A stretch of DNA of 64,000 bases from Macrostomum lignano (lineage: Eukaryota). The translations under genes and the position numbers were made by a program. Of this stretch, positions 49,030-63,624 are shown one piece after another. Location: assembly GCA_002269645.1 (NCBI GenBank), contig NIVC01001231.1, forward strand, positions 1-64,000, read 5' to 3'. Below the pieces are notes generated by a model. That model made no database searches. It saw nothing but the letters and a program-made list of their open reading frames with translations, and had not been told where the DNA came from. Within the stretch, counting starts at the first letter, position 1. Each line of letters starts with the position of its first letter.

Positions 49030-51990
49030 TGTCTGTAATAAGTGTGTTGTTGGTCTGTAATCAGTGTGTTGTTGGTCTGTAGTCAGTGCGTTGTTGGTCT
49101 GTAGTCAGTGCGTTGTTGGTCTGTAATCAGTGTGTTGTTGGTCTGTAGTCAGTGTGTTGTTGGTCTGTAATCAGTGTGTTTTCGGTCTGTAGTCAGTGTG
49201 TTGTTGATCTGTAGTCAGTGTGTTGTTGATCTGTAGTCAGTGTGTTTTCGGTCTGTAGTCAGTGTGTTGTTGGTCTGTAGTCAGTGTGTTGTTGGTCTGT
49301 AGTCAGTGTGTTGTTGGTCTGTAGTCAGTGTGTTGTTGGTCTGTAATCAGTGTGTTGTTGATCTGTAGTCAGTGTGTTGTTGGTCTGTAGTCAGTGTGTT
49401 GTTGGTCTGTAGTCAGTGTGTTGTTGGTCTGTAGTCAGTGTGTTGTTGGTCTGTAGTCAGTGTGTTGTTGGTCTGTAATCAGTGTGTTGTTGGTCTGTAG
49501 TCAGTGTGTTGTTGGTCTGTAGTCAGTGTGTTGTTGGTCTGTAATCAGTGTGTTGTTGATCTGTAGTCAGTGTGTTGTTGGTCTGTAATCAGTGTGTTGT
49601 TGGTCTGTAGTCAGTGTGTTGTTGGTCTGTAATCAGTGTGTTTTCGGTCTGTAGTCAGTGTGTTGTTGATCTGTAGTCAGTGTGTTGTTGATCTGTAGTC
49701 AGTGTGTTGTTGATCTGTAGTCAGTGTGTTGTTGATCTGTAGTCAGTGTGTTGTTGATCTGTAGTCAGTGTGTTGTTGATCTGTAGTCAGTGTGTTGTTG
49801 ATCTGTAGTCAGTGTGTTGTTGATCTGTAGTCAGTGTCTTGTTGATCTGTAGTCAGTGTGTTTTCGGTCTGTAGTCAGTGTGTTGTTGATCTATAGTCAG
49901 TGTGTTGTTGATCTGTAGTCAGTGTGTTGTTGATCTGTAGTCAGTGTGTTGTTGATCTGTAGTCAGTGTGTTGTTGATCTGTAGTCAGTGTGTTGGCAGT
50001 CTGTAATCAGTGTGTTGTTGGTCTGTAGTCAGTGTGTTGTTGGTCTGTAATCAGTGTGTTTTCGGTCTGTAGTCAGTGTGTTGTTGATCTGTAGTCAGTG
50101 TGTTGTTGATCTGTAGTCAGTGTGTTGTTGATCTGTAGTCAGTGTGTTTTCGGTCTGTAGTCAGTGTGTTGTTGATCTATAGTCAGTGTGTTGTTGATCT
50201 GTAGTCAGTGTGTTGTTGATCTGTAGTCAGTGTGTTGTTGATCTGTAGTCAGTGTGTTGTTGGTCTGTAGTCAGTGTGTTGGCAGTCTGTAATCAGTGTG
50301 TTGTTGATCTGTAGTCAGTGTGTTGTTGGTCTGTAATCAGTGTGTTGTTGGACTGTAATCAGTGTGTTGTTGGTCTGTAGTCAGTGTGTTGTTGGTCTGT
50401 AATCAGTGTGTTGTTGGTCTGTAGTCAGTGCGTTGTTGGTCTGTAATCAGTGTTGTTGGTCTGTAATCAGTGTGTTGTTGGTCTGTAATCAGTGTTGTTG
50501 GACTGTAATCAGTGTGTTGTTGGTCTGTAGTCAGTGTGTTGTTGGTCTGTAGTCAGTGTGTTGTTGGTCTGTAATCAGTGTGTTGTTGGTCTGTAGTCAG
50601 TGTGTTGTTGGTCTGTAATCAGTGTGTTGTTGGTCTGTAGTCAGTGTGTTGTTGGTCTGTAATCAGTGTGTTTTCGGTCTGTAGTCAGTGTGTTGTTGAT
50701 CTGTAGTCAGTGTGTTGTTGATCTGTAGTCAGTGTGTTTTCGGTCTGTAGTCAGTGTGTTGTTGATCTGTAGTCAGTGTGTTGTTGATCTGTAATCAGTG
50801 TGTTGTTGGTCTGTAGTCAGTGTGTTGTTGGTCTGTAGTCAGTGTGTTGTTGATCTGTAGTCAGTGTGTTGTTGGTCTGTAGTCAGTGTGTTGTTGGTCT
50901 GTAGTCAGTGTGTTGTTGGTCTGTAGTCAGTGTGTTGTTGGTCTGTAGTCAGTGTGTTGTTGGTCTGTAATCAGTGTGTTGTTGGTCTGTAGTCAGTGTG
51001 TTGTTGGTCTGTAGTCAGTGTGTTGTTGGTCTGTAATCAGTGTGTTGTTGATCTGTAGTCAGTGTGTTGTTGGTCTGTAATCAGTGTGTTGTTGGTCTGT
51101 AGTCAGTGTGTTGTTGGTCTGTAATCAGTGTGTTTTCGGTCTGTAGTCAGTGTGTTGTTGATCTGTAGTCAGTGTGTTGTTGATCTGTAGTCAGTGTGTT
51201 GTTGATCTGTAGTCAGTGTGTTGTTGATCTGTAGTCAGTGTGTTGTTGATCTGTAGTCAGTGTGTTGTTGATCTGTAGTCAGTGTCTTGTTGATCTGTAG
51301 TCAGTGTGTTTTCGGTCTGTAGTCAGTGTGTTGTTGATCTATAGTCAGTGTGTTGTTGATCTGTAGTCAGTGTGTTGTTGATCTGTAGTCAGTGTGTTGT
51401 TGATCTGTAGTCAGTGTGTTGTTGATCTGTAGTCAGTGTGTTGTTGATCTGTAGTCAGTGTGTTGGCAGTCTGTAATCAGTGTGTTGTTGGTCTGTAGTC
51501 AGTGTGTTGTTGGTCTGTAATCAGTGTGTTTTCGGTCTGTAGTCAGTGTGTTGTTGATCTGTAGTCAGTGTGTTGTTGATCTGTAGTCAGTGTGTTGTTG
51601 ATCTGTAGTCAGTGTGTTTTCGGTCTGTAGTCAGTGTGTTGTTGATCTATAGTCAGTGTGTTGTTGATCTGTAGTCAGTGTGTTGTTGATCTGTAGTCAG
51701 TGTGTTGTTGATCTGTAGTCAGTGTGTTGTTGGTCTGTAGTCAGTGTGTTGGCAGTCTGTAATCAGTGTGTTGTTAATCTGTAGTCAGTGTGTTGTTGGT
51801 CTGTAGTCAGTGTGTTGGCAGTCTGTAATCAGTGTGTTGTTGGTCTGTAGTCAGTGTGTTGGCAGTCTGTAATCAGTGTGTTGTTGGTCTGTAGTCAGTG
51901 TGTTTTCGGTCTGTTGTCAGTGTGTTGTTGGTCTGTAGTCAGTGTGTTGTTGGTCTGTTGTCAGTGTGTTGATGGTCTGTAGTCAGTGTA
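49030..51990. repeat. 22-bp satellite CTGTAGTCAGTGTGTTGTTG(G/A)T, ~135 copies
   Basis: Starts immediately 3' of the MARK stop codon. Confidence 0.95.
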
Positions 51991-52000
51991 CTCACGATAA

Positions 52001-52520
52001 TCACAGTTTGAGCTCGTTGGCAATGCGGCTGGCGATGTTCTTAAACCCGATCGAAGTGCCGCTAATCCGCTTGAACCGGACGCCGTTCAGAGACAGCCGC
52101 GGCAGCTTGCAGACCTCCATCTCCCACTGCACGATGCTGTCGGTGTGCGGGTCGCCGTGGACGCAGAACAGCAGGTACTTCTCCCTCAGCTCGTAGTCGC
52201 ACTGGTTCCGCTCCAGCACCTTGATGATCTCCGACATCATGGCGTTCGGCTCCATGGAGGAGGTGGTTTTCATCGACCAGGTGAACCGCAGAGAGCGCGG
52301 CTTCACGCCGCCAGCTGTTCCGCCACCGCCGCTGGCGCCGCTGTCGTCGACGGCGCCGGAGGAGCCCTGTGTCGACGCTCCCACGCCGGCGCCGGCGCCA
52401 ATTGATGGCGACGCGCTAACCGCTGCGGCGCCGCTGCTGCCGACGCCACCGCCGACACCAGTTGAAGCTGCCGACAAAGGAGTTCCTTGCGTTGGCGGCA
52501 TCGGCACTCCGCCAGGTCCT
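52001..52520 (-). CDS. par-1: MARK/PAR-1 kinase, last coding exon (KA1 domain)
   Basis: [30 protein letters not shown]...[43 protein letters not shown]; acceptor CTCCAG|A, phase 2. Confidence 0.95.
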
Positions 52521-52599
52521 CTGGAGGAGAAATAAGGTAGAGAATAAAGCCTATGACTGAGTGTACAGTTCGGGGCCGAGTGTACAATGGAGCGTCAAG

Positions 52600-53175
52600 T
52601 GTACAGTGAATGGCTGGGTGTACAATGAAGGAATGGGTGTACAATTAAGGAATTAGTGTACAATGAAGAAATGGGTGTACAATGAAGGAATGGGTGTACA
52701 ATGAAGAGCTGGGTGTACAATGAAGGGCTAGGTGTACAATGAAGAGCTGGGTGTACAATAAAGGAATGAGTGTACAATGAAGGAATGTGTGTACAATGAA
52801 GAGCTGGGTGTACAATGAAGGGCTGGGTGTACAATGAAGGAATGGGTGTACAATGTGAGCTGGGTGTACAATGAAGGAATGGGTGTACAATGTGAGCTGG
52901 GTGTACAATGAAGGAATGGGTGTAAAATGAAGAGCTGGGTGTACAATGAAGGAATGGGTGTACAATGAAGGAATGGGTGTACAATAAAGAGCTGGGTGTA
53001 CAATGAAGGAATGGGTGTACAATGAAGGAATGGGTGTACAATGAAGGAATGGGTGTACAATGAAGGAATGGGTGTACAATGAAGGAATGGGTGTACAATG
53101 AAGGAATGGGTGTACAATAAAGAGCTGGGTGTACAATGAAGGAATGGGTGTACAATGAAGGGCTGGGTGTACACT
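52600..53175. repeat. 19-bp minisatellite GGGTGTACAATGAAGGAAT (MARK intron)
   Basis: Direct reading. Confidence 0.95.
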
Positions 53176-53205
53176 GTGAAGTCAGTGCCGAATCCCGAGT
53201 CTCAC

Positions 53206-53586
53206 CGAACATTGCCAACGTGAAATTTTCTGCTCAGCTTGCTCAGCAGAGACACGTTGGTGCCGCCGCCGCCTGTGGCGCCGCCGCCGGCGGACAGGCC
53301 GACAACATTCGCCGCGGCGGCCGAGCCCGGCGGAGCGGCCGAGTAGGTGTCCCGCTCCAGAGCCATCCGCTCCCGGCCGCCGGTGCCCTGAACTGTGCTG
53401 CGAGCGGCGCCGCCGCGAAAGAAGTCGGTGCCGCCGCTCGGCGAGGTCGTCAGGCCGCCGACGCCGCCGGCGGTGCCGCCTGTTGGCCCGGGACCCGCGG
53501 CGGCTGTGGCGGCCGAGGTGGGCGCGTACAGAGGCCGGGTTCGGTTCTCCCGCATCGATTGCTGCAGCCAGGTGTCGCGGCCGGTT
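53206..53586 (-). CDS. par-1: MARK/PAR-1 kinase, spacer exon
   Basis: Acceptor CCCTGAACCAG|A and donor CG|GTGAGA, both phase 2; FFRGGAARSTVQG and SLLSKLSRKF motifs resemble the MARK spacer region. Confidence 0.8.
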
Positions 53587-53689
53587 CTGGTTCAGGGATG
53601 AGAGGGAGGAATGAGTTGACGATGGTAGAGCCTTCAGAACATGAGAGCTGAGATTGGCTTAGATAAGGAGAGGAGGATCTGGGTAGCTT

Positions 53690-54010
53690 GTTGCCTAGCT
53701 ACTGAAGATTTGAGGTTGTGGTTGCCTAGCAACTGAGGGTCTCGGAGGGCGGTAGCCAGACTGCAGCCCTAACCGCAAAAGCGCAACTGAGGATCTGAGA
53801 TACTGACGGCCTAGCAACTGAGGATCTCAGATGGCGACGGCTTAGCAACTGAGGATCTGAGATGGTGACGGCCTAGCAACTGAGGATCTGAGATGGTGAC
53901 GGCTTAGCAACTGAGGGTCTGAGATGGTGACGGCCTAGCAACTGAGTATCTGAGATGGTGACGGCTTAGCAACTGAGGGTCTGGGAGGGCGTTAGCCATA
54001 CTGCAGCCCT
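53690..54010. repeat. 31-bp minisatellite GCAACTGAGGATCTGAGATGGTGACGGCTTA (MARK intron)
   Basis: Direct reading. Confidence 0.9.
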
Positions 54011-54029
54011 AATCGCAAAAGCCGCTCAC

Positions 54030-55091
54030 CCGACGTTGAACCCGCCAGCGGCAGCAGAGCCGGGCTCATCTCCATAGCCGGACCCGCCGCCGGCGTTTGA
54101 AGGCCCGGTTGGCCGCATCTGCAGCCGTGGCGTCCTGGAGGATGCGGAGCCGACAGCTGCCGACGGGGCGCCGGAACCCACTTGACGCTGTCGGAAGGAG
54201 CCGGCGTTAACAGCGTCGGTGGGAGCGGTGGCGCTGGCGCCAGCGGCGGAGGGAGCCGCTGAGCGCTGGCGGTAGGGGCCCGCGCTGGCCGCGTCTGCCG
54301 CAGCGTGCGTCTGCGTGCGCCGAACTCCACCGGCTGTTGTGGACGCCGTTGTCGTTGTCGGAGCCGCTGCGTGACCGCCGCCGGCCGACGTCTTGCCGAA
54401 ACGGTCGCCGTTACGGGCGGCCCGACCGCTGGCGCTGGTCAGGGGGTCGTGGCGCTGGAACGGGCCGCCGGACCCGGACGAAGCCACACCGCCGCCGCCG
54501 CTGCCACCGCCGCTCCTGCTAGGCAAGTCGCTGCGGAATCTGTCTGGCGCCGAGGCCGGTGGAGGCGGCTGCTGCTGCTGGTGCTGGTCGTACTGCGGCG
54601 TCTGGTGCTGGCCGCCGCTGGCTCCGCTGCTTCGGCGGCCCGCGGTGCCGCTGGGCGTGCCGGCCGCTGATGTAGCCGCCGCAGGTGCCGCTGTTGCCGA
54701 AGACGAAGCCGCCGCTGCCGCTGAGGACGTCGACGGCGGCGCCTGGCTCGCCGAGGCCGACCGACCTGGCGCTTTTCCGGCGCCGTCATGACCGCCGACT
54801 CCGCCGCCGACGCCCGAGGCGCCAGCGGGGCCGCCACGGGCGCCGCCTCCGGCACCAGCCGAGTGGGGAGGCGCCGGGTTGCGGAGGCTCTGGGAGCTGG
54901 CGGAGCGGCTCTCGGGGGCCGCCGGTCCAGCTGGTTGTTGCGCCGGCACAGCAGCAGGTAGGTAGCCGTGACGTTGTCGAATTTGCCGGAGTGCAGCGAG
55001 TCGCTGATCTGGTCGCGAGAGAAGCCCATGTTGACCATGATCTCGGTGATCACGGGATCGTCGAATACTTGGGGCGGCTCCACGAACGGAA
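54030..55091 (-). CDS. par-1: MARK/PAR-1 kinase, UBA plus low-complexity spacer exon
   Basis: Acceptor CCACAG|TT (phase 1); UBA MVNMGFSRDQISDSLHSGKFDNVTATYLLL; 1-bp frameshift near 54925; donor GG|GTGAGC. Confidence 0.85.
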
Positions 55092-55462
55092 CTGTGGCGG
55101 TTGAGAAGTTGATTGAAATTTTGCTTACTTAAAATTAGAGCTTCAGGCAAAACTTTTACGAGTAATATGAAGCAAAGAAAAGGGAATTGAAAACGAAGGA
55201 GTCGGGAATTAAGTGTTTAAGCTAAGGAATGAAGTATCTAAGCTAGGGAATTAAGTATCTAAGCTAGGGAACTTAGTATTGTAAGATGGTTTGCTTAGTT
55301 GATTGCGTGTGCGCACGTTCACTAGCTCTTATGTACATTTGCTCGCTGTACAATGATAATATATAAGTGAATGCCTTGGCGCCCTGGGCAGCCAAGAGTT
55401 GGTCTACGCCTTAAGCCAATTTCTCGTTTTCGCTTGTTCTTACATTGGTGGCAGCGGCGGCT

Positions 55463-56305
55463 ATGACTGAAAATGAAGGCAGTGCAGAGAGCCCTACAGT
55501 GGCGGTGACTCAGCCCCAAGCTAGTTTTGTCAACATGTTTTTGCGGCCGCCTCAATACCAGCATGGACAAGACTTTGAACTTTGGCTGGCACGATTCAAC
55601 AATTTCGCATCATCTCTTCCTGTGGATCAGCGCAAGAATGCTCTGCTGTCATTCCTCGACGACAAATCATATCAAGCGGCCAACAATTTGGATGCTGCCC
55701 TGTCCTACGACGACTTTGAGAAGGCTCTGAAAAATCGATTTCGGCCATCAAAATCCTCTGCTGAGCTGCAGGCGCAGTTCTTCAATCTGACTCAAAAGGA
55801 CGGTCAGTCGGTTGCAGACTATTCCGATGTCCTGATCGTTGCGGCAAAGCGTGCGTTCCCGAGTCTGATGGAGACGAAAGCATGTGCCGAGCAGGAGACG
55901 TCGGTGACAGCGAAGGACGAGCTTCTCAAAGGTCGGTTTCTATCCGGATTGAGGGACCCAGCTGTGCGAATGCAGACGCAGATGCAGGCAAAGGCGACAT
56001 TCGCTGATACAGTTGAAACAGCGCGATTCGTGGAATCGATACAGTCGCAAGGAGGCACTGCTACGGCTCTAGCTGCTGAGGTTCCCGAAGCCTTTGCAGT
56101 CGGAATTCAACGGTCCCTGAAGGAGCTGTCCAACAAGCTCAGCCGCTGGGAGTCAAAGGACCAGGATCATCGTCAGAGCGGCGACAGACGCAGAGTTGTG
56201 ACATGCTGGAAGTGCGGTAAGCCGGGCCATGTTCAAAGATTTTGCACTCAGAAGTCGGGAAACTTCGATGGAGCGGCGACCGCCGGGGTGCCGTTCCGCA
56301 AGTGA
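55463..56305 (+). CDS. Gag of the second LTR element
   Basis: ATG just after the PBS; CCHC knuckle CWKCGKPGHVQRFC. Confidence 0.9.
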   Translation: MTENEGSAESPTVAVTQPQASFVNMFLRPPQYQHGQDFELWLARFNNFASSLPVDQRKNALLSFLDDKSYQAANNLDAALSYDDFEKALKNRFRPSKSSAELQAQFFNLTQKDGQSVADYSDVLIVAAKRAFPSLMETKACAEQETSVTAKDELLKGRFLSGLRDPAVRMQTQMQAKATFADTVETARFVESIQSQGGTATALAAEVPEAFAVGIQRSLKELSNKLSRWESKDQDHRQSGDRRRVVTCWKCGKPGHVQRFCTQKSGNFDGAATAGVPFRK

Positions 56306-56316
56306 GAATCCCGGCG
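56257..56316 (+). promoter_or_regulatory. -1 programmed ribosomal frameshift signal (slippery heptamer plus H-type pseudoknot)
   Basis: G GGA AAC in the gag frame, 6-nt spacer, stem 1 GGAGCGGC/GCCGTTCC, stem 2 CGCCGGG/CCCGGCG. Confidence 0.85.
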
Positions 56317-59300
56317 CAACCAGTCGTAGAGGTGTCCTGCTCAGCCACTGGTGCCAACATGCTGGTAAACTGTCGCATCCTGCCAATGTGTATCCCTGCC
56401 AGCTGTCTAGTTGACACTGGGTGTTCCCAGTCTTTGATGTCAAGTTCCCTGTTTCGCAAGCTGAATGAGAGGCTCCTGCCTTTGACGACTCCGGTGCAGT
56501 TGAAGCTGGCAGACGGTAACTATTTGGCTGCCTGTGGTTGGCAGGAAGTGCAGCTAAGTTTCGGTGTGGCAACGGTTCGACAAAGAGTTTTAGTTGTCGA
56601 CAATCTGGCCAAGGATTTTTTGCTGGGTGCAGATTTCCTGGCAAACTGTGGCTGCGTCATCGACTGCAATCGCCAAACGCTCACTGTGTGCGGTCAGCAA
56701 GTAAAAATGGAGTCATCGGCAGCAAGTAGCTGTGTATTCGCCGTTGAGGTAGCAGACAGGACAACCGTGCCCGCTGGTCACGAAATCGTCTTCCCAGCGA
56801 GATTGGCAAGTGAGTCAGATGCAGCTGTTGATGGTGAGTGCGGCATTTTTGAGCCTGACAATTCGAAGGACATCTCCACGGTCATGTGTGGAGCGCGCAG
56901 CCTCTCGGTGTTGCGAGGAGGACTCATCGCTGTTCACTATGTCAATACGGACACCAAGCCGCATACATTTTACCCCGGAACAAGACTGGGGACTTTTGAG
57001 CCGATGTCAGATGGTGCCGATGCAGAGTTGTCAATGCAAGTTGAGACAGTGAAAGGTCAAATCGCCGAGTATGTACCAAATGTGCACATTGATGAGAAAA
57101 ATCTTACAGCCAATCAAGTTCAGTGTGTCAAAGATCTTCTGCATCAGTACCAGGATGTGTTCTCGAAAAGTCCAAACGACCTGGGCTGCACTTCACTCCT
57201 TGACCACAAAATTGACACCGGGTCGGCGAAACCTATCAGAGTGCCTCCTCGTAGATTGTCGCCGCCGAACCAGCGAGCTGTGTCAGAGATGGTCGAGCAG
57301 ATGGTGAGAGACGACATCGTAGAGCCTTCGAATTCTCCGTGGTCGAGCCCGGTCATTCTGGTGAAGAAGAAGGACGGCAGTTTGCGCTTCGTGAACGACT
57401 TCAGACTGCTCAACTCCGTGACCGTCAAAGACAGTCATCCACTGCCTCACACCAGCGATCTGATCGATGCTCTCGCAGGATCCACAATGTTCTCAACGCT
57501 CGACTTCACTAGCGGGTACACCCAGGTGATGCTGGACTCAGAGAGTCGCGCAAAAACAGCATTTCCTGCGCCACAAGGATTATTCCAGTACAAGAGACTA
57601 CCGCAAGGTGTGTGCAATGGTCCTGCCACGTTTTCAAGGCTGATGGAACTCGTTCTATAGGGCCTCCGATGGGAAGTGTGCCTGTCATTTCTTGACGACG
57701 TTGTCATCTTTTCGAAAGGATTCGAGGAGCATCTGCGGCGTCTTGAGCTTGTGTTGCAGAAATTCAGAACCGCTAACCTGAAGTTGAAGCCGACCAAGTG
57801 CCACTTGTGCTATCAGGAGATCTCATTTCTTGGCTTTCGAATCTCAAAAGATGGCGTGACCACTGACCCGGACAAGGTGAAAGCAGTGCAGGAGTGGCCA
57901 ACGCCCGAAGATCGTTCAGAAGTGCGACAATTCCTGGGGTTATGTGGCTACTATCGTCATTTCGTTAAAAACTACAGTGAGATTGCTGAACCGCTGTACA
58001 AGCTAACGCAAAAGGACGTGACCTTCAGCTGGACTCTCGAATGCTCAGCAGCATTTAATCGCCTAAAGCAGTGCCTTACTTCCAGCCCAGTCCTCATCAT
58101 GCCGACTTTCGCAGAAGACGCTGAGTTCGTGCTAGATACTGATGCCTCTGGCGTGGCCATCTCCGGAGTTCTTCAAGAGCGCCGTGGTGGCAGGACGCAG
58201 GTGGTGGCGTACGGCAGTCGCATTCTGTCCAAAGCAGAGAGAAATTACTGCACAACGAGGCGTGAGCTGCTGGCAATTGTGCACTTCGTCGGTCACTATC
58301 GCAGCTACTTGTTAGGAAAAAGATTCACACTACGTACTGATCACGCCTCGCTGATCCATCTTCTGCGCTTTCGAGATCCCGATGGTCAGCTGGCACGGTG
58401 GCTGGATAAGCTAAGCGAATTCGACTACCAGACGGAGTATCGCAAGGGCGAGAAACATGGAAATGCAGACGCACTTAGTCGGCGACCGTGTCGAAAAGGA
58501 CCTTGCCTGTGCAGTGGCTCTGCGCTCGCTGTCGAGTTCAATGACGACAGCGCGATTCGACGAGCACAGGCAGAGGATCGGTGCATGCAGAAGCTGGCGA
58601 ACTGCTTGCGAGATGGGCAACCACCGGATAAGGCAGAGACGGACGGCTGGAGCAATCGGCAGCGGCAACTGCTGTCCGAGTTTAAGCGGCTGACACTGGT
58701 GAACGGACTGCTGTGCCGCCGATGGGAATCCGAAGATGGCAGCGCCTTTTGTCAGCAGCTACTGGTGCCAGAGAGTCTACAGCGCGATGTTTTTGTCGAA
58801 GCTCATGCTGGAACGAGCGGCAGCCACTGCGGACCGCAGAAGACCATTGAAAAGATCAGGGCGCGACTCTACTGGCCTGGAATGACAGCAGATGTGACTG
58901 ACTGGTGTGCTGCGTGCCTCGAATGCGCGACACTGAAAGATTCTGGCCAGCACAGGCGGGCACCTCTACAGAGCATGGCGGTCGGCAGCGTTGGCCAGCG
59001 ACTGGAAATGGACTTCATGGTGGGCCTGCCGAGGACCGATCGTGGAAATTCAGTCATCCTGGTAGTCATCGACACCTTCAGCAAGTGGACTGAGGCCTTT
59101 CCACTGCCGTCTCAAGACGCTGAGACCACAGCCCGGACGTTTGTCAACGAGTGGGTGGCTCGCTTTGGAGTCCCGCAGTCGGTGCACACCGACCAGGGTC
59201 GGAACTGGGAGTCACAGCTGTTTCAAGAGACGATGCGGCTGCTGAAAATCGACAAGACTCGGACGACAGGCTACCACCCTGAAGGAGACGGCGGTTGCGA

Positions 59301-60207
59301 ACGGATGAACCGGACACTGGTGCAGCTGCTGCGAGCATGGGTGAACGAGAATCAGCGAGACTGGGATCTTCATCTGCAGATTGCACTGATGGGCTACCGC
59401 ACTTCAGTCCACAAGTCGACTGGTCAGACACCTTCGGCGATGCATTTCGGCCGGGAACTGCGACTACCACTGGACTTGGCATACGGAGGTCTGGCGCCGG
59501 ATAGGCAACGTCCTTGTGAATGGGTGGCCGAGCTGCGGAGCCGGCTGCAGACATCGCACGAGAGGGCGCGACAAAACTTGGAGGCAGCGCAACTGCACCA
59601 GAAGGCAGCGTACGACAGGAGGTGCCACGGCGAGGCATTCAGCGAGAACGATCTGGTCTGGCTGCACAATCCGGCGCTGAAGCGAGGCGAGAGCCGAAAA
59701 TTTCATCGATGGTGGACTGGGCCATGGCGCGTTAAAAAGCAGATCTCAGACGTCACCTACCGCATTCAGCACGAGGCCAATGCACGACGGCGAAGGGTGG
59801 TGCATTTCAATCGCCTGAAGCCATGCAACACGGCCAGTCCAGCTGCAGCACCTCAATTGCAACCAGCGGCGCAACTGCACAATCCTGACGAGGACGACCT
59901 GAGATTTGACGGCGTCCCAGCCGGCGTCCCAGCCGGCGCCCCAGCCGGCGCCCCAGCCGGCGCCCCAGCCGGCGCCCCAGCCGGCGCCCCAGCCGGCGCC
60001 CCAGTCGGCGCCCCGGTCGGCGCCCCAGCCGGCGCCCCAGCCGGCGCCCAAGCCGGCGACCAAGCCGGCGCCCCAGCCGGCGACCCAGCCGGCGCCCCAG
60101 TCGGCGCCCCTGCTGATGTTCCAGAGCATCCAGAACAGCCTGTATTGCGCCGAAGTGAGAGGGCCCGTGCCCCGCCAGAATTTTTTGGTGAAGTGTATAC
60201 TCATTGA
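56257..60207 (+). pseudogene. Pol (-1 frame to gag) with one in-frame TAG in RT
   Basis: Protease VDTGCS; RT ...ELVL*GLRWEVCLSFLDD; RNase H DTDASG; integrase HHCC and D,D,E; ORFs 56242-57660 and 57676-60207 share a frame. Confidence 0.85.
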
Positions 60208-60573
60208 ATGCAGATTTTCTTAGATAGTTTTTTTTAAACATTGGCATTGCTTAAGTTCATTTTAATTTCCACTTTTATTTCCCTCAAATATTTATTCGTT
60301 CAAATATTCGATCAGAATTCGTCGACCTCATACTCGTAACTTTTTTTTTAACACAACGAAAAATGCAGAAAGTGAGTGGAACACTTTTTTTTTAAAGAAG
60401 GAGAGCATTGTAAGATGGTTTGCTTAGTTGATTGCGTGTGCGCACGTTCACTAGCTCTTATGTACATTTGCTCGCTGTACAAAGATAATATATAAGTGAA
60501 TGCCTTGGCGCCCTGGGCAGCCAAGAGTTGGTCTACGCCTTAAGCCAATTTCTCGTTTTCGCTTGTTCTTACA

Positions 60574-63624
<3,051 letters not shown>

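Larger units (their letters stand above)
55280..60573 (+). mobile_element. Full-length Ty3/Gypsy LTR retrotransposon in a MARK intron, 5294 bp
   Basis: 165-bp LTRs TG...CA at 55280-55444 and 60409-60573 with 1 mismatch; 4-bp TSD GTAT; PBS TGGTGGCAGCGG (complementary to tRNA-Leu 3' ends); PPT AAAGAAGGAGAG. Confidence 0.95.

Noticed and set aside
57658-57700. Programmed readthrough at the RT TAG
   Set aside because: It lies mid-domain after a separate -1 frameshift signal, and a point mutation is simpler; it is kept only as a testable alternative.
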